Assembly: GCA_963674945.2 (NCBI GenBank)
Contig: CAXXWQ010000004.1
Coordinates: forward strand, 3,262,455-3,326,454
DNA from: an uncultured Desulfosarcina sp.
GTDB taxonomy: Bacteria; Desulfobacterota; Desulfobacteria; Desulfobacterales; Desulfosarcinaceae
Reading direction: 5' to 3'
Length of the DNA stretch: 64,000 nt
In this document: positions 28,499-38,843 of the stretch, one piece after another
How positions within the stretch are numbered: the stretch's first letter is position 1
Layout: every line of letters starts with the position of its first letter
The notes under the pieces: generated by a model
The model's database searches: none
Told to the model about the DNA's origin: nothing
The model's input: the letters and a program-made list of their open reading frames with translations, nothing else
Made by a program: the position numbers and the translations under genes

Positions 28499-29602
28499 TC
28501 AGGACGCCGACACGATTCCAAGATAGAGGAAGATTCCGTATGTCAGGGTCAGCACCAAGCCCATGATCCGGGGCAGCCGGCCGATGAAGCCAATGAAAAA
28601 GAGGTGAATCATCCCCACGCCGAGGATGATGAAAATGCCCTTTTCCATGCCCGCTGGGGTCTGTATTTGGGAAAAAAGGGCAAACAGCCCGATGCACATG
28701 GGGATACAGATATGGGCGTCACCCACCTGTGAACTGTAGACGATGTCGGCACGGCCGATCCAGGCGTAGTAGCCGGCCAGAAGGGCGTTGGGCAGGACCA
28801 TCAGGCAGCCGCTGACCAGCCCCAGCCGGTCATAGACGAACACCCCGGGACCTTGGGCCATCACCCATTGTACCAGTTGATCGATGCCGGCAAAGACGCC
28901 GATGCCGAAGGCCACCACCAAAAGCACATCCACCAGGATCGTCCATTGAAGGTCGCGACGCCGATGGATGTTGTACTTGATCACATCGAACACCTGGAAG
29001 AGCTGCCAAAACAGAAAAGTTCCCACCAGTACGAGGCCGTCGCCAAAATCCAGTGTTCCGTCCCGACCCATCGCCCAGAGGGAACCGGTGAAAAAGAGGA
29101 GGGCCGAAAGGGTGAGGGCCAGGGAGATGACGTTCAACTGATGATCCGGGGAGATGTATTTTCGCCGCTTACCGGAAGACGAAGCGGGGCGAATGTTCAG
29201 GTTCCAGATCATGGCCGGCAGGCCCATGAGCAGGGTGAGGTTGGTGACATTGTTGACGATGCAGTTTTCGACGAGAACCCAACCACTGCCACCCTGCCGT
29301 CCGAGGGAGAGGGCGAACATGAGGTTGGGAAAACCCGATGCATAGGGCATGACGAGCGTCCCCAATACCGTTCCTTCCAGCCCTTTTCTCTCCAGCGCGT
29401 TGAGACGGTGGACCATCAGTATGGCGCATAGGAGAAACAGCCCCAAAGGGACCCAAGGACCTGACGTAAAAGTGTGCCGCCACACCTCTTCCACGCCCCG
29501 AAACACCTGGTATACGTCGGCGACAACGCCTTTTCGCGATTGGAAAAAAGAGGCTTCCCAAAAGGTACGAATTACGGATTCCCCGCTACCAGTTCCTGCC
29601 AT
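28499..29602 (-). CDS. Na+/Ca2+ exchanger-like (CaCA) membrane protein
   Basis: Two internally repeated hydrophobic halves with SGFPNL...NNVTN and VLPNALL...SSQVGD; start uncertain. Confidence 0.6.
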   Translation of the reverse strand: MAGTGSGESVIRTFWEASFFQSRKGVVADVYQVFRGVEEVWRHTFTSGPWVPLGLFLLCAILMVHRLNALERKGLEGTVLGTLVMPYASGFPNLMFALSLGRQGGSGWVLVENCIVNNVTNLTLLMGLPAMIWNLNIRPASSSGKRRKYISPDHQLNVISLALTLSALLFFTGSLWAMGRDGTLDFGDGLVLVGTFLFWQLFQVFDVIKYNIHRRRDLQWTILVDVLLVVAFGIGVFAGIDQLVQWVMAQGPGVFVYDRLGLVSGCLMVLPNALLAGYYAWIGRADIVYSSQVGDAHICIPMCIGLFALFSQIQTPAGMEKGIFIILGVGMIHLFFIGFIGRLPRIMGLVLTLTYGIFLYLGIVSAS

Positions 29603-29988
29603 CGCCGTTCCAGTTTCTTCGTCTGTTCAACAATTTCTTCCAGGGTGTCCACATCTGTTCGGGGAATATTCAGCTTTTCTGCATAGGTGTATACTTTTTG
29701 TTTTTCGAAAAGAGTGAAATTTCCGTCCATGGAGGCGATCATGATGGCATCTTTAAGCACCCGCAGTGCCGTTAAACGGGATACTTCCGGACTGCCGATT
29801 TCGAAGGTTTCATCGGTATCGGCCAGTGTTTTTTCATAGTCGATTCCCAAATGGATGGCCTGTTTGCGGATATATGCATACTCTTTGGGACCGTTTTCCT
29901 TGTCGGCTTTGGCGATGGTGATCAATAGTTTCAGATAGGTCTCCCGATCGAAAACGGATCGCTTTTTTTCCAGATTGTCGCGTGGCAT
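29572..29988 (-). CDS. TerB-like protein
   Basis: LITIAKAD...E..YI, IASMDGNFT..EK....AEKLNI. Confidence 0.7.
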   Translation of the reverse strand: MPRDNLEKKRSVFDRETYLKLLITIAKADKENGPKEYAYIRKQAIHLGIDYEKTLADTDETFEIGSPEVSRLTALRVLKDAIMIASMDGNFTLFEKQKVYTYAEKLNIPRTDVDTLEEIVEQTKKLERRWQELVAGNP

Positions 29989-30092
29989 TTTATCCTTCCT
30001 CCCATGGGATCAATAAAGCAAATAGTATGCCTGGAGAAATGGAAAAACGCAATGGACAATTGGGTGATAGATACGGTTGGGTAAAAGATACG

Positions 30093-30133
30093 GGTTCGAA
30101 GCCGGCGCCCATGGGCCATTCCGGCTTCGAACC
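30093..30133. other. Perfect 13-bp intergenic inverted repeat (hairpin) downstream of the psrA-like gene
   Basis: GGTTCGAAGCCGG ... CCGGCTTCGAACC. Confidence 0.7.
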
Positions 30134-30202
30134 GGGGATGAGTGTGGCGGGGAGGGGTCCAACGGGGAAAATCAGAAAGGCTGAGCCTGTTTCAAGCCTC
30201 AA

Positions 30203-32281
30203 TTAACACTTCCTTACGGAAACAAAATGCTCCTGCAGGGCCATCGCACCGCCGCCTTTGTCCCATTGATCCAAACCACCGCACATCATTTCGTGGTCGG
30301 CCACGCCTTTGCCGAAGGCGCGACTCTCAACGGGGAGCCGGTGGCCGAATCCGTGAAGCATGAACACCGCTTCGGGGTGGATCAAATCGGTCAATTTGGC
30401 CTTGATGCGGCCACCGCCGCCGTTTCCGCCGATTTCCACCATGCCGCCGTCGGAAACGCCCAAAGCGGCACCTGCCTCGGTGTTCATCCAGAGGATATTT
30501 TCCGACACCTGCTCGAAGAGCAGGCTGTTGTTGAGCGTGTGGCCCTGGGTGTGCACCCCGCAGCGTCCGAAGGTCAGCCGAAACTTTCCTACTGGCGGAT
30601 GGCTTCCCTCGTAGGGCGCAAGGGATGGCACACCCTGGGATTCCCATTTGTCCGAAACGATCTCTATCTTTCCCGACGGCGTTTTAAAAGTGGGTTCCGG
30701 TTTGTACAACGGGCCGTCACCCAGGGGGATAAATCCTTTGGCGTCGAAATCCGCCATGGTGACGCCTGTGCCGTCGAGCTGGTAGTTCCAAATCTCTTCG
30801 ATGGCGTTGAAGGCCAGTGCATCGATGCCCATTCGTTTGGCAAGGCCGGTGAGGATCTCCCAGTCGGCGCGTGTATCGTAGCGCGGCGCAACGGCTCTTT
30901 GTCGAAGGAAGAAATAGGGATTGAGCCCGTTTTTGCAAGCCAGAATCGATTCTCGCTCCAAGTAGGGCGAAAGAGGCAAAACCAGATCGGAGTGCCAGGC
31001 CGTGTCGGACCACGTGAAACTGACGGACATGAGAAAATCCAGTTTGGCCCATTTCTGTTTGATCCGCTCGGGATCGGGAAATCCCATGAGGGGGTCGTGG
31101 CGATAGGCGATGTAAGCTTTCACCGGATAGGGGTCTTCGGTTTCAATGGCGTCGAACCCCAGATGGAGCAATCCGGGACCCGTGTCGAGGTGGCCCAGTT
31201 TCCAGCCGGTTCCGTCGGCACGTTTTTCCTTGGGGTTTTCCACCAGCGCGGTGAGCTTATTCAGTCCCCTGCGGCCAACATCGCTGGGTTTGTTGACCAT
31301 GGGCAGGCCGCCCTTGGCACCGATGGCTCCTAACAGCGCATTGATAATATATACGGTACGGGACATGTAAAACGAATCTTTATACCGGGCGTTCATCCAT
31401 CCGGGGTGCCAAATCACCGAAGGGGCGTCCTTGGCCAAATCTTTTGCAAAAGCGATGATCTGATCGGCAGATATTCCGGTTTCGCCTTCGGCCCATTTGG
31501 GCGTGTAGGGTTCGACGAACCGTTTCAGCACATCAAGATCTTTGATCCACCGGTTGGCGTAAGCGACGTCGTATAGATTCTGATTGATCAATGTATGGAT
31601 GACAGACAGGTTCAGGGCATAGTCCGAGCCGGGACGAATCATTAGAAACCGCTGGGCCTTGGTGGCCGATACATTGGCACGGATGTCGATCACCGTCAAT
31701 TTACACCCTTTTTCCATGGCCGATGTGAGGTCGTTGACCTCCTTGACGTTGATGGCCTCGAAAATATTGCGGGTCTGCAGTACCACGTGCCGGGCGTTTT
31801 TCAGGTCGTACCCGACCCCTTTTCGACCGAAACCGAATAGTGAGAGGGCGGCATGTTGGACGTTGCGTGCACACGAGGCATCGTGGTTGGACCAGTTGGG
31901 AGATCCCAATCCTCTGACAAAAGCCTGGTGCAGATCCCGGAAAGGACCGCCGCGGTCGGAAAAGAGAACGCTTTTGCCACCGTATTGGTCGATGACGCTT
32001 TTGAGTTTGCCTGCAGCGTAGTCCAAGGCCTCGTCCCAGCTGATGGGCTTCCAGTTTCCCTGGCCCCGGTCTCCCATCCGGATCATCGGCTGCTGGATCC
32101 GTTCGCTGTCTGCGATCAACGCCTTGCCGGCGGCCCCACGGGCGCAAAGGGCACCGTTGATGCCGCCCATATGCGGATTTCCCTGAATAAATTCGATGAC
32201 GCCGTCTTTGGTTTGGACTTCGATGGGACACCTCACCGTACACATGCCGCAGACGCTAAAGGTGGAATTGTTTGCTGCCAT
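30203..32281 (-). CDS. PsrA/PhsA-like (polysulfide/thiosulfate reductase family) molybdopterin subunit, no Tat signal
   Basis: SVCGMCTVRCPI, LCARG, NHDASC (Cys Mo ligand), IWHPGW, LPLSPYLER, HTQGHT. Confidence 0.85.
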   Translation of the reverse strand: MAANNSTFSVCGMCTVRCPIEVQTKDGVIEFIQGNPHMGGINGALCARGAAGKALIADSERIQQPMIRMGDRGQGNWKPISWDEALDYAAGKLKSVIDQYGGKSVLFSDRGGPFRDLHQAFVRGLGSPNWSNHDASCARNVQHAALSLFGFGRKGVGYDLKNARHVVLQTRNIFEAINVKEVNDLTSAMEKGCKLTVIDIRANVSATKAQRFLMIRPGSDYALNLSVIHTLINQNLYDVAYANRWIKDLDVLKRFVEPYTPKWAEGETGISADQIIAFAKDLAKDAPSVIWHPGWMNARYKDSFYMSRTVYIINALLGAIGAKGGLPMVNKPSDVGRRGLNKLTALVENPKEKRADGTGWKLGHLDTGPGLLHLGFDAIETEDPYPVKAYIAYRHDPLMGFPDPERIKQKWAKLDFLMSVSFTWSDTAWHSDLVLPLSPYLERESILACKNGLNPYFFLRQRAVAPRYDTRADWEILTGLAKRMGIDALAFNAIEEIWNYQLDGTGVTMADFDAKGFIPLGDGPLYKPEPTFKTPSGKIEIVSDKWESQGVPSLAPYEGSHPPVGKFRLTFGRCGVHTQGHTLNNSLLFEQVSENILWMNTEAGAALGVSDGGMVEIGGNGGGGRIKAKLTDLIHPEAVFMLHGFGHRLPVESRAFGKGVADHEMMCGGLDQWDKGGGAMALQEHFVSVRKC

Positions 32282-32597
32282 AATTCTCTCCTGATAACGG
32301 AAAAAACGACTAACCATTGAATAATACCCGAATATCTCAGCTTTTTAATCGTGTCAATGCGGAAGTATTATTGCACTTGTCTCAAGATAATCGATATTTA
32401 TCGAGACATTTTACCGGCCGCCGTTGGCGGCTGTGATTCCTTCTTTCCCATGCGGCATTCATAATATCCATTGACAAAGTCTTCAATATTCAATACCGAT
32501 CGGTTCGTTGTGTCCATGGTGGCATAGAGGTGGGCCGGGTCCGCCAAAGTTGAAAAATAGCAGAATATCATAGGCTTATTGTGGAAAGGAGTTGGCG

Positions 32598-35363
32598 ATG
32601 GCAGAGAGCACCATAACCATCAACGGCACCGGGTTTTCATTTGAACCGGGGCAGACCATCCTTCAGGTCGCAGAGGAGAACCAGATTCGGATTCCAACAC
32701 TTTGTTATCTCAAGGGCGCTTCGCCCACGGGGGCGTGTCGAATCTGCGTGGTGGAGGTCGAAGGTGCACGAACGCTGATGACCGCCTGCAGCACGCCCGC
32801 CCAAAACGGCATGGTCGTGCACACCGAGTCACCCAAGGTGGTCGCTTCCAGAAAAGAGACCCTGGAACTGCTTTTGGCATCGGGCAACCACAACTGCGCC
32901 ATCGGCACCGGAACAGTGAAAAGCTGGACCGATTTTCAGATGCAGGCGGCCACGGACGATGATTTCGAAACATTGTGTCCGTCCTGGGGGGATTGCCGCC
33001 TCCAGGACCTGGCCTATCAGTATCAGGTGGAAGGGGGGAAATATCCGAGGACCGAGACCCGCTATCCCATCGAGACGGTCAACCCGCTTATCGTTCGGGA
33101 TTTTTCCCGCTGTATCCTGTGTGGCCGCTGCATTCAGGCGTGCAACGAAGTCCAGGTCAACCAGGCCATCAGCTTCGGCTATCGGGGTGCCGCCACCAAG
33201 GTCGTGGCCGGCGCCGATGTGTCGCTCAAGGATTCCCAGTGCGTTTTTTGCGGTGAATGCATTCAGGCATGTCCCACCGGCGCACTGACGGAGAAGAAGG
33301 CCCGGTTTCAGTGGCGCCCTTGGAAGAGCGAAAAGATCCGTACCACCTGTCCTTACTGCGGTGTGGGCTGCCAGCTCTGGCTCCATGTCCAGGATGATCG
33401 AATCGTCAAGGTCACCGGCGTGGAGGAGGGATCTCCCAACAAGGGACGGCTATGTGTCAAGGGGCGTTTCGGCTACGATTTTATCTATTCTGAAGATCGG
33501 CTCACCTCCCCCCTGATCCGGGAAGGAGACACCTTTCGCGAAGCTTCCTGGGACGAGGCCCTGGATCTGGTGGCCCATCGGTTCAAGGCGATCATCGACG
33601 AAAGCGGTCCCGATGCGGTGGCCGGCGTAAGCTGCGCACGAAGTATCAACGAGGATTCCTACCAGATGCAAAAGCTTTTTCGGGCCGTCTTCAAGACCAA
33701 CAATATCGATCATTGTGCCCGCACTTGACATGCCCCGACGGTCGCCGGGTTGGCGACCACGTTTGGTTCCGGGGCAATGACCAATTCATTCGGTGAATTC
33801 TCACGGGCGAAAATGTTTTTCGTCATCGGTTCCAATATGACCGAAGCGCACCCGGTGGCGGCCACCTTCGTGAAAAATGCCCTCCTCGACGGCGCCAAGC
33901 TGATCGTAGCCGACCCGCGAAGACACCGGTTGGTGGACTTTGCCGACATGCACCTCCCATTGAAGGTGGGAAGCGACATCGCACTTCTCAACTCCATCAT
34001 GTACGTGCTCATCGAGGAAGATCTCTACGACAAGTCATTTGTCGCGGCCAGCACCACCGGATTCGATCAACTGGCCCAGACCGTAGCGTCCTACCCGCCC
34101 GAGAAGGTGACCGATATCTGCGGCATCGAGCCCGAGACCATCTACGAGGTAGCCCGGCTGTTGGCATCGGTAAAACCGGTGATGGTGTGCTATACGCTGG
34201 GCATCACCGAGCACACCTGCGGAAAGAACAACGTCATGTCCGTTGCCAACCTGCAGATGCTGTTGGGCAATATGGGCGTGGAGATGGGTGGCGTCAATCC
34301 CTTGCGGGGCCAGAACAACGTGCAGGGTGCCTGCGATATGGGGGCGCTTCCCAATGTTTATCCGGGATACCAGGCGGTGACCGATGCGAAGAGTTGTGAA
34401 AAGTTCGAAGCCGCCTGGAAGACGACCGGCATGTCCCAGAATCTGGGGCTCATGATTCCCCAGATGATGGACGGTCTGGTTGATGGCAAGGTTCGCGCGT
34501 TTTACATCTTCGGTGAGAATTTGGCCAATACGGAGCCCGACATCCACAAGGTGGAACATGAGTTGGCCTCGGCCGAATTTCTCGTGGTCCAGGATATTTT
34601 CCAGAACGAAACCACGCGATTTGCCCACGTTGTGCTGCCGGCGGCCGCCTGGAGTGAAAACGACGGTACCTTTACCAACAGCGAACGCCGGGTCAGCCGC
34701 GTACGAACGGCAAGTCCGGCACCGGGTGTTGCCAAACCCAACTGGTGGATCTTCAAACAGATCGCAAAACGTTTGGGCCATGACTGGGAATCGGACAGCG
34801 CACGGGAAATCTGGGACAACGAAATTTCGGCCCTGGCCCCCAGCATGGGCGGCATCAAGTACGGGCGGATCGAAGGAGACGGGCTTCAGTGGCCGTGTCC
34901 CACCGAAGAGCACCCCGGTACATCCTTTTTGCATAAAGGCGGCAATTTTACCTGTGGGTTGGGACGGTTCACACCGGCCGAATGGACGCCGCCGGCGGAG
35001 GTGCCGGACGAGGAGTATCCCTTTGTGCTCAGTACCGGAAGGCGCCTGTACCACTATCACACCCGGACCCAGACCGGCCGATGTGAGGGCCTCAACGATC
35101 TTCTCGGCGAGGAGACGGCCGACATCTCTTTTTCCGATGCCCATCGCCTGGGTATCGAAAACGGCGAGAAAATTCGGGTGAAATCCAGAAGGGGGGATGT
35201 GACGGTGCGTGCAAAGGTGACCCCCGAAGTTCCGGAAGGACTGGTCTGGATGGCCTTTCATTTTCGCGAGGGCAACGCCAACTGGCTCACCAACGCCGCG
35301 TTCGATCCGGCTACCCTCACTGCCGAGTACAAGGCCTGTGCAGTCCGCATCGAGAAGATATAA
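32598..35363 (+). CDS. fdhF: Formate dehydrogenase alpha subunit, selenocysteine-containing (TGA 33726-33728), with NuoG-like FeS N-terminus
   Basis: IPTLC, GACRICVVE, CILCGRC, TTCPYCGVGC, NIDHCART-U-HAPTVAGL, PLRGQNNVQGACDMG; both ORFs in one frame. Confidence 0.93.
33740..33758 (+). promoter_or_regulatory. Putative SECIS hairpin of fdh
   Basis: GGTCGCCG-GGT-TGGCGACC; GGU loop 19 nt after the UGA. Confidence 0.8.
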
Positions 35364-35498
35364 CCGAAATCTTGCATGAAAAGCAAAACGTCGGTTTACG
35401 AATGCAAAGGTTATGGTTCTTTTGGTAAATTATTGAAGCAGCGCAAATATGTTCAACAAATTAAGAGGATTTCAATCTTTTTCCTTTTCACCCTTCGG

Positions 35499-35601
35499 GC
35501 ACACCGGAGGGGTCCAGATTCGGCGTTGCCAAGGGTTCGCAGTAACATCATACTACGGCTTCACCCTTGGCGCTTTGACTCTGAAGCCCTCCGATGCGTG
35601 C
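35499..35601. repeat. Palindromic intergenic repeat, divergent core-family copy
   Basis: GCACACCGGAGGG ... CCCTCCGATGCGTGC ends; CAGATTCGGCGTT...GCTTTGACTCTG core variant. Confidence 0.6.
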
Positions 35602-35619
35602 AAGATCCAGGTATAGTCA

Positions 35620-36390
35620 ATGGCTTATTGGCTAAGGGGTGACGCTTCCTGGGAAGATCCATCCTGCATCTGTGATGGCAGCAGCGAACGTTGGCTGCAT
35701 TTCAACCGAAAGCTCACCCGCGATGCGAAATCTTTGCTGAACGAAGCCGCCATCGCGTATCTTCTGGCAACGCTGCAACGGATGAACATCGAGGATTCGT
35801 GCATCTACTGGCTTTCCCTCACACGTCTGGCCGAATTGGCCCTTTTGCAAGCCGGTGTATATGCGGATTCGTGTGAATTTCAGGCCGCCGGGGATCTTTT
35901 GGTCAATCCCCGACGGATCGATATACGGATCCGGGGAAGGTCAGAAAAGGTGGTCAAAGACCGCCATCGATGCCTCAGCGATCAGCTTGCCGTCATGATG
36001 GGAGATGATGTGCCGGTGAACTGGCTTCGCCGCAATGTCCGCCCGCAGATCCGACAAGAGGCTCTCTTGCCCCTTCTGAAGCGAATGATGGCGTCCTCCG
36101 GCCGCATCCATGAGGATTACCTCGTCGACTTCACCCGACGAATGGGCAAGGTGGCCCAAACCATCGCATTTCTGAGCGCCTGGCAGATAAACGACTGTGC
36201 CGATCTCTATCGCAGGATACGTGCGGCATCTGCCCAGGAGGAGGCGTTCATCTTGTCGCATCTTTGCCGATTCGACAACGAGCGCTTCATGGATATGGGG
36301 CGGGCAGTAGAACGAATCATCTTCTCTGCCGATGGAATAACTATTTCTTCAGCATGGTGCGGGCCGCCTCCACGATCCTTTCCGGTGTAA
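35620..36390 (+). CDS. Hypothetical protein
   Basis: 256-aa ORF with no recognised motif; overlaps the tkt 3' end by 50 bp. Confidence 0.55.
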   Translation: MAYWLRGDASWEDPSCICDGSSERWLHFNRKLTRDAKSLLNEAAIAYLLATLQRMNIEDSCIYWLSLTRLAELALLQAGVYADSCEFQAAGDLLVNPRRIDIRIRGRSEKVVKDRHRCLSDQLAVMMGDDVPVNWLRRNVRPQIRQEALLPLLKRMMASSGRIHEDYLVDFTRRMGKVAQTIAFLSAWQINDCADLYRRIRAASAQEEAFILSHLCRFDNERFMDMGRAVERIIFSADGITISSAWCGPPPRSFPV

Positions 36391-38359
36391 ATCCGAATTT
36401 TTCCAGTACCGTCCCCCCCGGTGCCGACGCCCCGAATCCATCGATACCGATGACGACGCCGTCGGAACCCACGTAGCGCTCCCATCCCATGGGAATGCCG
36501 GCTTCGATGGCGATGCGGTGTTTGAGGGCAGGCGGGAGGATGCGTTTTTTATAGGACTCCGATCGCTCTTCGAAGATTTCCCAGGAGGGCATGTTCACCA
36601 CGCGGGCGGCAATTTTCGCATCGGCCAGCATTTTTTGGGCCGCAAGGGCAATGTGAACCTCGGCACCCGTGGCGATGAGCAGGATCTCCGGATTGCCTTT
36701 ACAGTCGGAGAGCACATAGCCACCGCGCTCGACCCCGTTGGCGGTCTTTTGGGCATCGAGGATGGGCAGTTTCTGGCGACTGAGGAGCAGGGCCACCGGC
36801 CTGTCGTTTGTAGCGATTGCCTTTCGCCAGGCTTCGGCGGTTTCTGTTGCGTCTGCCGGACGGATTACCGTCAGGTTGGGAATGGCCCGCAGGGACGCCA
36901 GGTGTTCCACCGGCTGGTGGGTGGGGCCGTCTTCGCCAACGGCCACGCTGTCGTGGGTGAACACGTAAATTACCGGCAGCTTCATCAGTGCCGCCACGCG
37001 AATCGCCGGACGGATGTAGTCGGCGAAAACCAGGAATGTACCGCCATAAGGGCGGATCCCGCCGTGGAGGAACATGCCGGACATGATGGCGCCCATGGCG
37101 AATTCCCGGACGCCGAATCGGATGTTTCGTCCGTCATAGAGCCCCTTCTGAAATTCATGGCTGGCATCCAGATAGGTCTTGTTGGACGGTGCCAGGTCCG
37201 CGGATCCGCCCATGAGGCTGGGAAAGATGGCTGCGGCTGCGTTGAGGACTTTGCCCGAGGCGGCGCGGGTGGCCATGGGACCGTCTTCGGGCTTGAATTG
37301 GGGTAGATTCGATTCCCACCCCTTGGGCGCGAAACGGGTCAATCCATTTACCCACCCGTCGGCCAATTCGGTGTGTTTCCGGGCGTATTCCTGGTAGCGC
37401 ACCTTCCAGTCGGACTCGGCCGCTTCCCCTTTTTCGACACATTGGCGAAAGGTTGTAAGGGCTTTTTCAGGAATGGCGAACGGTTCGGTTTCCGTCCATC
37501 CCAATGCCGCCTTGGTCAATACAATCTCCTCTTGCCCCAAAGGGGAACCGTGGGCATCGGCGCTGCCCTGTTTGTTGGGGCTTCCATGGGCAATCAGTGT
37601 CTTCATCTTGATGATGGACGGTTTTTCGGTTTCCGCCCTGGCGGCGAGAAGGGCCTTTTCGACAGCAATCGGATCACTGCCGTCGGAGACTTCGATCACC
37701 TGCCAGCCGTAAGCTTCGAACCGTTTGGCAACATCCTCCGTAAAGGCGATGCCGGTAGGGCCTTCGATGGAGATCCCGTTGTCGTCATAGATGCAAATGA
37801 GCTTGGATAGTCCCAAATGCCCTGCCAACGAGGCGGCTTCCGAGGCGACGCCCTCCATGAGGTCGCCGTCTCCACACATCACATAGGTGTAGTGATCGAC
37901 GATTTCGTTTCCCGGCCGGTTGAAGGTGGCTGCCAGATGACGTTCGGCCATGGCCATGCCAACGGCATTGGCAAAACCCTGGCCCAAGGGGCCGGTCGTC
38001 GTTTCCACGCCGGGCGTGTGACCATATTCCGGATGGCCGGGGGTTTTACTGCCCCATTGCCGGAAGTTCTTGATTTCGTCCAGAGACAGATCGTAACCGG
38101 TCAGGTGCAGAAGGCTGTAGAGCAGCATGGAACCGTGCCCGCCGGAGAGTACGAAGCGGTCGCGATCGGGCCAGTCCGGGTTCTTGGGATTGTGCTTCAT
38201 GACCCGGGTCCATAGTACGTAACCGGCCGGGGCAAGCCCCATGGGTGCGCCGGGATGACCGGAGTTGGCCTTTTGCACTGCATCCATGGAAAGGGTGCGA
38301 ATGGTGTTGATACAAAGTTCATCTCTGGTCGGTTGTTCCAAAGAGGCGCCCGTGGTCAT
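36341..38359 (-). CDS. tkt: Transketolase
   Basis: [49 protein letters not shown]. Confidence 0.97.
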   Translation of the reverse strand: MTTGASLEQPTRDELCINTIRTLSMDAVQKANSGHPGAPMGLAPAGYVLWTRVMKHNPKNPDWPDRDRFVLSGGHGSMLLYSLLHLTGYDLSLDEIKNFRQWGSKTPGHPEYGHTPGVETTTGPLGQGFANAVGMAMAERHLAATFNRPGNEIVDHYTYVMCGDGDLMEGVASEAASLAGHLGLSKLICIYDDNGISIEGPTGIAFTEDVAKRFEAYGWQVIEVSDGSDPIAVEKALLAARAETEKPSIIKMKTLIAHGSPNKQGSADAHGSPLGQEEIVLTKAALGWTETEPFAIPEKALTTFRQCVEKGEAAESDWKVRYQEYARKHTELADGWVNGLTRFAPKGWESNLPQFKPEDGPMATRAASGKVLNAAAAIFPSLMGGSADLAPSNKTYLDASHEFQKGLYDGRNIRFGVREFAMGAIMSGMFLHGGIRPYGGTFLVFADYIRPAIRVAALMKLPVIYVFTHDSVAVGEDGPTHQPVEHLASLRAIPNLTVIRPADATETAEAWRKAIATNDRPVALLLSRQKLPILDAQKTANGVERGGYVLSDCKGNPEILLIATGAEVHIALAAQKMLADAKIAARVVNMPSWEIFEERSESYKKRILPPALKHRIAIEAGIPMGWERYVGSDGVVIGIDGFGASAPGGTVLEKFGFTPERIVEAARTMLKK

Positions 38360-38498
38360 GGTATGCTGCTCCTTTTTCTGGATAGACACTGATATAGATG
38401 GTGATAAACCCTTTTCCTATGAGTCGACATAAAATGGGTTGATACAAGAGATTGGCGGATGAAGCAAGGGTTTTAGGGGGTACTTTGTTTGCATCATT

Positions 38499-38681
38499 TA
38501 GACGGGAACGAGAGAAACGCTCTTTATCAAAACGTCTTTTTCAATTGGAATAATGAACGAGTTCCTAAGAAGTTCGAGATCAAGGCTTGCGAATCCCGAG
38601 GAATGAGGCGTATGGTTGGATACATCACAGTGACGAGGGGTGACGCGTAACGCAGATATCGGACCTTTTACGAAGCCGTCA
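38499..38681. repeat. Composite repeat: left module + core (38572-38664) + CTTTTACGAAGCCGTCA end
   Basis: Aligns with 56622-56804, but the core is inverted relative to that copy. Confidence 0.85.
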
Positions 38682-38843
38682 AAATTACTTTTTGCGTTCA
38701 TGACGGCGGTCGATCTATAAAAATGGCAAACAGCACAAATTGTGGTGTCGGATTTAATTGGATTTTTGTCCGGCCGATATCCATCTTTTGGCTTGCAGCT
38801 TCCGTTTTATCCTGCAATTATATGATATAAAAGGGGAAAACCG

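Noticed and set aside
33750..35363. fdh, the hydrogenase large subunit and the OsmC-like gene read as split genes or pseudogenes
   Set aside because: Each break is a single in-frame TGA at a catalytic Cys position followed by a SECIS-like hairpin.
38498..38701. Similar short peptides (PISALRxTPRHCDV...LDLEL) in ORFs 38498-38701 and 56664-57146
   Set aside because: The similarity comes from the shared DNA repeat; no consistent start or RBS.
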